Assembly: GCA_965235115.1 (NCBI GenBank)
Contig: OZ249452.1
Coordinates: 12,772,001-12,836,000, forward strand
Length of the DNA stretch: 64,000 bases
From: Laetmonice hystrix
Taxonomy: Eukaryota
Reading direction: 5' to 3'
This document shows, one piece after another, positions 49,985-60,768 of this stretch; the stretch's first letter is position 1, and each line of letters begins with the position of its first letter. The position numbers were made by a program, and so were the translations under genes. The notes beneath the pieces are model-generated. The model was given only the letters and a program-made list of their open reading frames with translations, was not told where the DNA came from and searched no databases.

Positions 49985-51310
49985 TGAACACAGAAAATAA
50001 TCATAGAGTCAGTTCTAAAGAGTGTGGAGACAAGAGAGAAAAGCAGAATGACAAAGAATGACGACGATTCTGTTTTAACCAATAAGAACAACAAAATTAC
50101 TTCAGTGCTGAATAAGCAGTGTTGTTGTCATGGTGATGCAAGATATATGCCAATCACAGTGCAGCGAATCATGTGCTGCAGAACAAGAAGTCCAAGATTT
50201 TCCTCCAATCATCTGATCTTATAGAGGGTCAGTGCATGGAGCCCCAGAGCTGAATTCTGATGACATTTTCCATTACACCAGAAAACAGGTCTGATAAACT
50301 TCCAGCTTCAAGATTTAGGGTAGGAACGTACTTAGTATTCTTGCTCTGCAGAGAATGCATGTATAAAAAAATTGAGGTGACTGGCAGCATGATATTACAT
50401 ATTACAGGTCCCATATTCAGTGAGCACCATGTATATAAGAGGTAGGACAAGAGGTTAACAATACAATGCCTCACAGATACATAGCACCATGGTTTACGTT
50501 TTCTTGTCTAGCCTACTTTAACATATGAAAAAAATGGCCTGAGTATACACATTTACATATGCACATTTAATATTATTCTCTTTGGTCAGTCTACTTTATT
50601 TCAATAATATCACACTCTGAAAAAACATCTGATTAAATCCAGAATATCATTGTATAAATTTAGACCAATATTCAGGAACTCCAGAAGCTATCTAAATTGA
50701 CTTGGTGAAGGGGAAATGAGGATGATACTAAACAAAGCAATAACAAAATACAATGACCAAGAGGGCAAGGGGTGTTTTGGGTGCTGGCAGTGTCTGAGAA
50801 CTAGATCACACATAAACTAGGTCACGCAAGAACTACGTCACACCGCTGACCTTTCTGGAGCAATTTGTCCGATTTGATGATACCACCTCACACAAATAGT
50901 TTCATTCGACACAACTACATAACAACGCGCCAAAACCATCACACTGAAATTATCGGTCTCCTAAAAGCAATCTCCGCCAAAACCATTTTTTTTTGTTAAC
51001 AAATGAAAATAAACAAAACCAGAACTTTCCTTTTAGCCATTTCCCAGCAAAGGGGAAGAATACGAAGAGAACTGAATATTGACTGATAAAGAAAACAGAA
51101 AACACAAATTTGGTTGTCTGATTGATCATCAGTTATGTTGTCCACAGCTATCTGCGCTCATACATTGTGTACAAACTACAGTCCAAACACAAAAGAGCCA
51201 CCTAGTGAGTAACAAGAGTATCAGGGGTACTCTTATCTAGAAACATCGACTAGCGAAGCACTTCTGGTATACATGCTCTACTCTCGACAATACGGGCAAC
51301 AGTCGCTTAC

Positions 51311-51476
51311 TTTCAACAAGTAGCTCAGCCATAGTGGTTGCGACACCAGCTTCGTTCTTGGCCTCGCACATATATTCAGCTTCATCTTCGATGGAAACCT
51401 TGTCGATGCGAAGGATACAACGGCCTTGTTTGTATTCCAGGACTGTGTGTTCTGTGCTACTGATCTTCTTGCCGTC
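51311..51476 (-). CDS. Exon (166 nt, phase 0-1): second half of the Ig domain (DGKKISSTEH...EDEAEYMCEAKNEAGVATTMAELLVE); not in ORF track
   Basis: Acceptor ccctgtag|GAC at 51477-78; donor A|GTAAGC at 51305-10; completes the Ig domain begun in the previous exon. Confidence 0.9.
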
Positions 51477-51787
51477 CTACAGGGGGCAGCACAGCAGTCA
51501 AACACAATTTAATAAATGATCTTCATTGTAATATTAATATAATTTTACTGGGACAAATTTAAAAAGTGAATTCTACTTTTAATTCTGATTGCCTTCAAAT
51601 TAGTATTACAAAACTGACATTCATAGCTTTTCATAGTAAAAATTAACGTTTACCAGAAGTAGGGAAACAGTAGTTTCTCTACTGTAGCACCTCTCAAAAA
51701 TCCTCTCAAAAATTTTTCCTTAACCCCTACTCCCCAATTATCGTGTGAATGTTACCATGGAGATAACCACCTTACACAGTAACTCAC

Positions 51788-51921
51788 CTGGTACCACGTG
51801 ATTTCTGGAGTAGGATGTCCCGTAACACGGCATTCAAGCGTGACAGGCATCGTCTCAAAGATTTCCTTGTGCTCCAGATTCCTGGTGAAACGAGGTGCTT
51901 CTGGTTGCTCAGGCATTTGCA
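51788..51921 (-). CDS. Exon (134 nt, phase 1-0): first half of an Ig domain (APRFTRNLEHKEIFETMPVTLECRVTGHPTPEITWYQ); not in ORF track
   Basis: Acceptor tttcctag|TG at 51922-23; donor CAG|GTGAGT at 51782-87; I-set motifs read by hand translation. Confidence 0.9.
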
Positions 51922-52121
51922 CTAGGAAAGAAAAAATAATACTGGTTTTTATTTGCTGTTATAGTAGATGGAGGGTTATTTACAGGTGAAACTTAACCTA
52001 GCTTAATAAGCTTCATTTTAAATTACTGCATCGTTTGTACCTATTTCTATGGCACAGTTATAATAAAGGAATTTCAACATTTTAAATATACATGTAGGCC
52101 CGTCGAGAAATCAGTACTTAC

Positions 52122-52271
52122 TTTCTATGACAGTGACCTCTTTCTTTAACTGCAAGGCCATGTCTACCTCGACCTTCTTAAATTGTTCAAATACTTCCTC
52201 TTCAGGTTTCTTTCCAGTTGGTTTGGCTGGGACACCTTCGATGGGGGACTCTGACAAAGGCCTTGACGGAG
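52122..52271 (-). CDS. Exon (150 nt, phase 1-1): PSRPLSESPIEGVPAKPTGKKPEEEVFEQFKKVEVDMALQLKKEVTVIE; not in ORF track
   Basis: Acceptor ttccaacag|CT at 52272-73; donor A|GTAAGT at 52116-21; open in phase 1 with PEVK-like composition. Confidence 0.85.
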
Positions 52272-52549
52272 CTGTTGGAACAAAATCCGGTCAAATCACC
52301 AATATGCATTCCTTTCCTTGGGCAACTCTTGGCAATATCTTTCTCAAGTTTCTGCTAAATTTGAAATTTACCGACCTTAAAATGCTGAAACTTGTGTATC
52401 AAGCGAAACTGAAATTTTAATTCCCTTTCTGTACATGTACCAGTAATCAGATAAAGCCTTGTGTAAATAAACCAGGATTACGATCTAAGGAAAAAGGCAG
52501 TTATTTTTGCCATATGCTTGAGCCTGAGATTAAAGGCTTTGGTACTTAC

Positions 52550-55500
52550 GGAGTACAGACAGGTAAGCAGTGGTGATGCATGTTCCAGCATCATTGACAG
52601 CTTTCACGGAGTACTCTCCCTCGTTTCCAGGCATGACGTCTAGGATACTCATCCTACAGACGCCTTCCTCGTACGTGATCTCCACGTCCTTGGTGGCCTT
52701 GATCATGCGACCCTCCACGTACCACGTCACGGTCGGCATTGGGACGCCGTTGATGCGGCACTCGAAGACGGCCTTTTCGCCTTCAAAGATGGTGATGTCT
52801 GAGAGTGGGAGCTCAAACACCGGAGCCATCAACTGCCTGGCGGATACCTCCGTCACTTGCGTAACTTCCTGGACGGTTTCCGAGACTTCAGGTTTCTTGA
52901 TCACCTCAATCTGTTCGGAGGTGAATTCAGTGATGACCTGTTTTTCCTCGGTCACCTCCTGCGCAGTGCGGACTATCTGCTCGGTCTTGATGGCTTCTAG
53001 CAGTTCAATTTCCTTTCTGGATAGTTTGGGTGAGACCTTTTCAATCGAAATGTCAATATGTTGTTCTGCAGCCGCTTCCACAGTCATAATTACCTTTTGA
53101 GTTTGAGTTTGGAACTCCTTGGTATCCTTCTTAGCTTTCCTAAGGCTCTCGGTCTCTTCTGTGGAGGCAACCTCTGCTTCCTCTAAAAAATGATGCTCCT
53201 GGTCAGTTGTAGTTTCTTCATCTGTTATTGTTGGCCGCACATGTGATTCTAAACGGTAGCGTTCAATGACTGCGCCCTCGTAGGATGGACGGACAACAGA
53301 TGGAATCATCCAAACCTCTTTAATGTGAGCGACATATTCCTGGGCAATGTCCTCCGGTGGATGTGATTCAGCAACAGGCTCAACACGGGTTTCGGGTTTG
53401 TCTCCCTCCTCTGGAGCCTGCAGCAGTACAATAACATCCTCCTGGGCTGGAATCTCCTCGGAGTATCCAGACACGTCTTCTTTGGTCATGCAAACATCAA
53501 CGAGCTCTTCATACGTCTCAACATGGGATGGTTTCGGGGACCCTCTATCAGCGACCTCTAGTGCGACCTCGACTGCACTCTGGGTGGTCGTTTCCTGGGT
53601 AACTGTGTCCGCGGGTAACTCCTCTGTGACCTGGGGCGTGGTCAACTTCTCTTGAAGAGCCACCATAGAAGGACGTCGTTCCTTCTTCTTGGCTGTTTCC
53701 AGGGGGACTACCACTGCCTCTGGTTTAGTCTCGGTGACTTCAAATTCAATGTGGGCCTCCTCAGTTATCTCGATATGCTGCACTTCCTCCTGTGTTGGCA
53801 CAAGTGTCTGTGCCTTATCCTGGACTGCAGGGGTTGAGAGGTCTACTCTGACCTCTTCCCCTGGAATTTCAGGTTCAGGAGCCTCAAAGAACATGTCTTC
53901 TTCTTCCTCCTCTGAATGTCGCTCTTCTGTAAGGTCTACATGTGCTTCCCTTGTGTCCTGTACCATGGGTTGGTCGTACATGCTCACTATCTCTTCTTTC
54001 TGTGGTGCCATGCTCTCTAGGGCGGCAAGATCGCTCTCAATTTCGCCCTCGGATAGAACCTCATCTTGAGGAAGAGCATGACTGACACGTGCACCCTCCA
54101 CCTGTGGTTTGGACAGGTCGACCGTGATCTGTTGCTCCATTGACACCTCTGGTGATGGCATTCTCTCGAGTAAATCATAGATTGTCTCCTCTGGCAGTCT
54201 TTCTTCCTGCGTCTGAACAAGACTCTCGCGGGCAGCCTCCACCACTTTCTGACCCATTTCAACCTGGACCTCTTGCCCATCAGTTGTTTCCGTGGTGATG
54301 TCCTCCACGAGTTCATGGGCCACGTCTTCAGCGAAAGCCTCGATCTGAGTCAGGACATGTGATTCTGTGACTGGTTCAACAGATGATTGACCTAGATCTA
54401 CAGTTACTTCTGTTGGGTGTGTTTCAATATCAGGGACCGGAGATATACGATCAGTGCCTTCCTCAGTGATTTCCTCTTGGACAGTTTCTACGCGAGTTTC
54501 CGTTGCCTCCTCTTTGAGGGGCTGGCTAAGCTCTACGAAGGTCTCCTGTTGTTGGGTGGCCTCAGTCGTTGTCTCCTTGACAGCTTCAGTGATCTGTTCC
54601 ACTCCAATCTTCTCTTCCATTGCTTCCACACGCATTGGGAGCCCAGCAGGTTCTGGAGCCTGGACCATGTGCACCACTATGTCCTCTTGCTGTGAGACTT
54701 CAGTGGGAACAGCAGCAACCTCCTCTGTGATCTCAGATGACACCTGTTCGGCAACTACTCCAACCCTTGACACCAGTTTCTCCTCTGCAGTTGTTTTAAC
54801 GAGGTGTACGATTATCTGTTCTTCTTGTGGGACCTCGGTGGGTACCTCAGCTACCTCTTCAGTAATTTCTGGAGTGACTTGCTCATCAACAGCTTGAACA
54901 TGGGTTTCCCTCTTCTGTTCTGCCATTGGCTGTGCAAGGGTTATGAAGATCTGTTCCTCCTGTGGGACTTCAGTGGGCATTTCAGCAACCTCTTCCGTGA
55001 TCTCTTCTACTACGGTTTCATCCACAGCTTCAACACGCGATTCCTTCTTCTGTTCAGCAGTGGGTTTAACAAGAGTCACAAATATTTGCTGCTCTTGTGG
55101 GAGCTCACTTGGGACCTCAGCAACCTCTTCAGTCACCTCTGTTGTTATCTGCTCTGCAACGGTTTCCACTCGGGACACCATTTTCTCTTCAGCAGTTGTT
55201 TTAGCCAAGTGGACAACAATCTCTTGTTCTTGTGGGACTTCAGTGGGAACCTCAGCCACTTCCTCTACGAGTTCAGGACTCAAGCGCTCAGCAACAGCTT
55301 CAACACGTGTCTCTGTCTTTTGTTCAGCAGTTGGTTTTACCAGTTGCACAAAGATTTGTTGTTCTTGAGGAAGTTCAGTCGGAATTTCTGCGACCTCCTG
55401 GGTGACCTCTTCGGTGACTTTTTCAGCAACAACTTCAACCCGTGATTCCATGGTAGGCTGGGCAGTTGGTTGTTTCAACTCCACAACAATTTCTTGTTGT

Positions 55501-58345
55501 TGAGGAACTTCGGAGGCTTCAATGAATACCTCTTCAGTCATTTCTTCTGTGACCTTCTCTTCAACTGCTTCTACCCGAGACTCCATTGTTGGCTGGGCAG
55601 TTGGTTGTTTCAGTTCTACAATGATTTCTTCCTTTTGTGGAGATTCAGGAGCTTCAACAAAGACCTCTTCAGTGACTTCCTCTGTAACACTTTCTACAAC
55701 AGCTTCGACCCGAGATTCCATTGTAGGCTGGGATTTCGGTTGCCTGAGTTCAACAACGATCTCTTGCTGTTGTGGAACCTCTGATGTTTCTGCAAATACC
55801 TCTTCTGTGACTTCTTCCGTGACTTTTTCCACCACTGCTTCTACACGAGATTCCATTGTAGGTTTAGCTGTTGGCTGCCTGAGATCAACAATGATCTCCT
55901 GTTTCTGTGGGACTTCAGAGGGCTGAATGAAGACTTCTTCCGTGACTTCTTCTGCCACTCTTTCAACCACTGCTTCAACACGGGATTCCATTGTAGGTTT
56001 AGCTGTTGGCTGTCTGAGATCAACAATGATCTCCTGTTTCTGAGGGACTTCAGAGGGCTGAATGAAGACTTCTTCAGTGACTTCTTCTGCCACTCTTTCA
56101 ACCACTGCTTCAACACGGGATTCCATTGTAGGTTTAGCTGTTGGCTGTCTGAGATCAACAATAATTTCTTGTTTCTGTGGAACTTCAGAGGGCTGAATGA
56201 AGACTTCTTCAGTGACTTCTTCTGCCACTCTTTCAACCACTGCTTCAACACGGGATTCCATTGTAGGTTTAGCTGTTGGCTGCCTGAGATCAACAATGAT
56301 CTCCTGTTTCTGTGGGACTTCAGAGGGCTGAATGAAGACTTCTTCCGTGACTTCTTCTGCCACTCTTTCAACCACTGCTTCAACACGGGATTCCATTGTA
56401 GGTTTAGCTGTTGGCTGTCTGAGATCAACAATGATTTCTTGTTTCTGTGGGACTTCAGAGGGCTGAATGAAGACTTCTTCGGTGACTTCTTCTACCACCT
56501 TTTCAACCACTGCTTCAACACGGGATTCCATTGTAGGTTTAGCTGTTGGCTGTCTGAGATCAACAATGATTTCTTGTTTCTGTGGAACTTCAGAGGGCTG
56601 AATGAAGACTTCTTCAGTGACTTCTTCTGCCACTCTTTCAACCACTGCTTCAACACGGGATTCCATTGTAGGTTTAGCTGTTGGTTGCTTGAGTTCAACG
56701 ACGATCTCCTGTTTCTGTGGCACTTCAGAGGGCTGAATGAAGACTTCTTCAGTGACTTCTTCAGTCACCTTTTCCACAACTGCCTCCACACGGGACTCCA
56801 TTGTTGGTGCCGCCTTGGGTTGTCGCAGTTCGACAATGATCTCCTGGGTCTGAGGTACTTCAGGAATCTCATGAGTAACCTCAGAGATCTCCTCAGTAAC
56901 CATCCGTTCCTCAACTGCCTGGACTCTTGTTGTTGGCTTCTCTTTAGGTTTGGCTTGTTTGAACTCAACCTTGATCTCCTGTTGCTGGGTCGTTTCTTCA
57001 GCAGTTCTGATGACTTCCTCGTATACCTCCTCCCGTACTGCAGTTTGCTGAACCAGGGCCTTCATTTCAGTTGGTAGGGTGACGGATGCCACCTTCACCT
57101 GCTTCGGGGAAACTTGTCGCGGCGCAGGGATTTCCATGCTGACGTCGGAGATGATCTCCTGGGTGATTTCCTCCTGTTCCATCTCCTCCTGGGGGAAGGC
57201 CTGCTTGGGGATCTGCCACTTCACATCTGCCATCTGCACAGTCTCCTCCGTGAACTCCTCTGTCATCTCAACCTCCTCCTCTTCCACGTGCTCCTCCTGA
57301 ATGTCCTGCCGCAGTTTCTCCATCTTGGCAATAAAGGCAGATGTCCTCTCGAGGAACTCTGCCTCATCTTCACTGATCACCCGCTCCTGCTCTGACATTT
57401 CTGCCTGGGATGCAGATGCCTCCTCGGAATCAGGGACGTACTCATAGACATCCACCTTGAGGAAGGCCGAGGTGATTGCAGTGCCGTAAGGGTTGACCGC
57501 AATGCACTGGTATTCTCCATTGTCTTGTGGGAAGACCTCCATGATGTTCAGAACACACTCGCCAGTTTTCCTGTTGTAGGATGTCTGGAAGTCAGGATTG
57601 TCTTCCACTGGCTTGTTGTTACGATACCACGTGATCTCTGGCATGGGGTTACCCGTGACAATACATCTGAAGGTAACCTCTTCACCATCCATGCAGTTAA
57701 TAGAGTCAAGTTCAAAGGTGAATTTTGGCGGAGCTCCATCAAGTTGAATCTTCAACATCTGCCGCTGAGTCTCAATGGCCTCAACGCGCTTTTTCTGGAG
57801 GATGTCCAGACGGGATGTCTCCTTCTTCTGCTCTGCAATCTCCACCTCCATCTTGACACCTCGGAGGGCAGCAAGCTGTTTGAACTCGATGAAGGACTTC
57901 TCAATCCTCTTCTCTGGCAGCCTAAACTGCACTTCCATTTCTTTCATTTTGGCATGGTGGTCAATCGCAACCGTTTCTGAGAAGCGACGCTGTTGCACCA
58001 AAGGTATGGTTAGTGCCTGTCGTTTTGTAACTTGAGCCTCTACTTGTTTCTTCAGTTGGGTGAGTGTTAACGTAGATTCCACAGTCTTTGGTGGTTGGAC
58101 TTCAACACTCAACTTCATTCCCTTTGGTAAAGAATCCCTTCGAGTGAAGAATTCAGCTCGTTGTGGTTTCTTCTCCGGGATTTTGAAGTGGAACTGATAC
58201 TCCTTTGGTTTGCTGTGGTGATCAATGGAGAGAGTTTCGCTGAAACTGCCGGATGATCTCACATAAACTGGCTTCTGAGTGCGCACGACCTGGACAGTGC
58301 GACTTACAATCTTCTCTGTATCCTCATCTGATGACGACGATGGCA
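52550..58345 (-). CDS. Exon (5796 nt, phase 1-1): duplicated 87-aa basic module, Ig (~57450-57735), 45-aa repeat array, acidic linker, Ig (~52550-52825)
   Basis: Acceptor attccag|TG at 58346-47; donor C|GTAAGT at 52544-49; matches the 1938-aa ORF. Confidence 0.93.
54600..56960 (-). repeat. Coding tandem repeat, 135 bp / 45 aa (ESRVEAVVERVAEEVTEEVFIQPSEVPQKQEIIVDLRQPTAKPTM); ~7 near-identical core units with degenerate flanks
   Basis: cgggattccattgtagg at 55981, 56116 and 56521 (multiples of 135); divergence increases toward both edges. Confidence 0.9.
57725..58245 (-). repeat. Diverged 87-aa (261-bp) tandem duplication, K/R-rich
   Basis: FSETLSIDHHSKPKE...KRQALTIPL versus FSETVAIDHHAKMKE...QRQMLKIQL; the FSE codons are 261 bp apart. 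Confidence 0.8.
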
Positions 58346-58579
58346 CTGGAATAAAATGAAATGCAATGAATCAAAGGCAAAAAAAATACCTTCTGAATTA
58401 AAGGTGAAACCATGATGAAATATTATAACAAATACATTTACACTCAGTTATCTCCGGAGTATGATATCTGACAGTACTTTTTAAACACGCTTTCCAATTT
58501 TTCTATGTTTATCAATGTAACATTTACAAAAGTTAGTTCAAGGCATATCTGATAGCCAGCTCTTAAGTAGCATACTTAC

Positions 58580-59062
58580 ATTTGACAAACAGGTGGCAGT
58601 GTGTGATAGCAGCGCCCAGCCTGTTCTCAGCTTTGCACATGTATTCGCCTTCATCTTCTGGGAACACCTCAGCAATATTAAGGGTACTCTCTCCCCGCAC
58701 ATGATCAATCCTAATCTGAAAGTCTCTGCTTGGTTTCACCGGTTGGCTGTTAAAATACCAGGTGATGGATGGCTTGGGTAGACCCCGGAACATGACCCGG
58801 AGTACAGCCCGGTCACCATCGTGTACCTGCTGGTCGTTGAGCGGCAGTGTGAAGCGGGGAGCTTCAAGGCGGTCACTTGGCATCTCAATGTCAATGACGG
58901 CACAAGGCTCTGTTAGCGGTTGTGGTGGCACGTCTGGTGCGGCGTCCGGTGCAGTCTGTACAGTCGGCCCGGTCTGTGGGATGACTGACGACTCCGAGAC
59001 GGTCTGCTGTTTTTGTGTTGTGGTCTTCTCAGTACGTGTTGTGATTGTCTCAGTCTTGGTGG
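58580..59062 (-). CDS. Exon (483 nt, phase 1-1): T/P-rich linker plus Ig domain (APRFTLPL...EDEGEYMCKAEN)
   Basis: Acceptor ttaacag|CC at 59063-64; donor T|GTAAGT at 58574-79. Confidence 0.92.
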
Positions 59063-59274
59063 CTGTTAATAAATATGATCCATTGAGCAACTTTGTCCAA
59101 ACAATAGTTTCAACATCATGTCATGATTCATGATATAGAAATTAAAATGGAAACACTGCCCTTCTTCTGACGCCTTTTGTGACATTTAAAAGTTGATTTG
59201 ATCTTTATTACTTTTCATCTGAAAACGAAATACGTTTTAAAAAAAGAAAGAATTAATAATCGAGATTGACTTAC

Positions 59275-59492
59275 ACTTGACAAAGACAACTGTTCTGCTT
59301 GTGGCTGTACCCAGAGGATTATCTGCCTGGCAGATGTATTCACCAGAATCCTCTGGTCTGGCATCGTTGATGGTCAAGCGGCTGTGTCCAGTATCATAGG
59401 TTATCGTGATGCGATCAGTGGGGAAGATCTGGATCCCACTCTTGTACCAAGTGATCTTTGGCTCTGGCTCAGCAGCAATGAGGCACTCCAAC
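59275..59492 (-). CDS. Exon (218 nt, phase 2-1): remainder of Ig domain (LECLIAAEPEPKITWYK...EDSGEYICQADN)
   Basis: Acceptor tgttgtag|G at 59493-94; donor T|GTAAGT at 59269-74; canonical I-set motifs. Confidence 0.92.
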
Positions 59493-59832
59493 CTACAACA
59501 CCAACATTTGTATCATATTTAGAATGTCCTCAAAGCAGATAGAGCGTTCTTGAACCATTTTGAGATAATTTCATCGTTTTTTTATATCATTGTCCATAGC
59601 AATCAGAAATTTATCATACATAATGAGATAATGCTCTTTTTGTGTTGACACTCAATAGTTAATCCCTCGTGGTAATATTCACATGAAATTGGCAGGTAGG
59701 ACTAGAGAACTGAGGTAAGGGTTAGGTTTGGTCTAGGAATAGTGACCAATTTTTAGTTTCCATGCCGATATTACCATTTGGGGCCATCTGAGTGAACCCA
59801 TGTTTAGGGTATACATGTAGATTGAGACTTAC

Positions 59833-59992
59833 GTTACGTTGGCGCCTTCATTGACGGTATACTGCGGCAACATGGCTTCCGTGAACTGGGGCGAAGTCTC
59901 AATGACACGCGTCTCCTGCTCACCGACCACGGTGACTTTCTCTTTCTTCACTGACACTGTCTTCTCTGTTACAGTGACCTCGGCATGGGGAG
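59833..59992 (-). CDS. Exon (160 nt, phase 1-2): linker plus N-terminal part of an Ig domain (SPQFTEAMLPQYTVNEGANV)
   Basis: Donor AC|GTAAGT at 59827-32 is clear. The acceptor cttgaag|CT at 59993-94 is weaker but gives the correct phase. It joins the next exon as ...GANV-T-LECLI. Confidence 0.8.
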
Positions 59993-60768
59993 CTTCAAGG
60001 TCAAAGGTCATAAGGTCAGATTACATTATGCAAAAAATTAATTAACATCAAAGATCCATTCTATCCCACATATTGCAAATCCCTGATGCTTGCTTTCCAC
60101 AATATATGATTTTTACTCACATTAAAGGTTGGAAAAGCAATCACCAAAAACGCATTGTTGGATTTGTGGGAGAAAATGCATCCTTAGCCTGTATGGAGTA
60201 AAAGGACACTGATCTAGTGACACACGCACAGCACAGCTAACATGTTATAGACAACATGGGTTTGATTTCTGTCTCTACGCTGTGAGAACTCACACTGAAA
60301 CCTCTCAGCAGGACAATAGCTGCATGACAGTTAACAATGGCTTACAGAGGATGGTCGGCCTGAGGCCCTGCTAATGACATCAAATGGCGACAAGTTCTAA
60401 TAAATACCAACAATGACATGAAAACAAACACCAAACTATAGGACTGACAGAATACACTAAGAAATAAACAAAGGACGGAGAATGACAGGGAAAGGAAACA
60501 AATAATACATGAAATCAACCGCTGAAATAAATCAAGAGCTACAACCAAAGAACCAACTAAAAACATGACCTACAGAAATCAACGAAAGAGAAGCCGCAAC
60601 CCTTCACATTATGTCCTTCCACTTCCTCCTCTTAGCGAGATAACCTCAGCAAGTCCTCTCTGACCTAATTAAATGGCTCCTTTATTGAAAACCTCAGGCA
60701 CCTAGAGCTTCTACAACCTGAAGATGACTATCTACCATGCTAGGTACTTCCGACTGGGGTCTACTTAC

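Noticed and set aside
49004-50217. Additional 11-bp inverted match atcagatgatt / aatcatctgat
   Set aside because: It crosses helix A and is short enough to be chance; noted only as a possible competing pairing.
60342-60420. Possible tiny exon after a long minus-strand U-rich tract (GTAAGC donor near 60340)
   Set aside because: The phase-1 readings stop almost immediately and the open 51-nt reading is phase 0-0, which does not fit the flanking phase-1 junctions.
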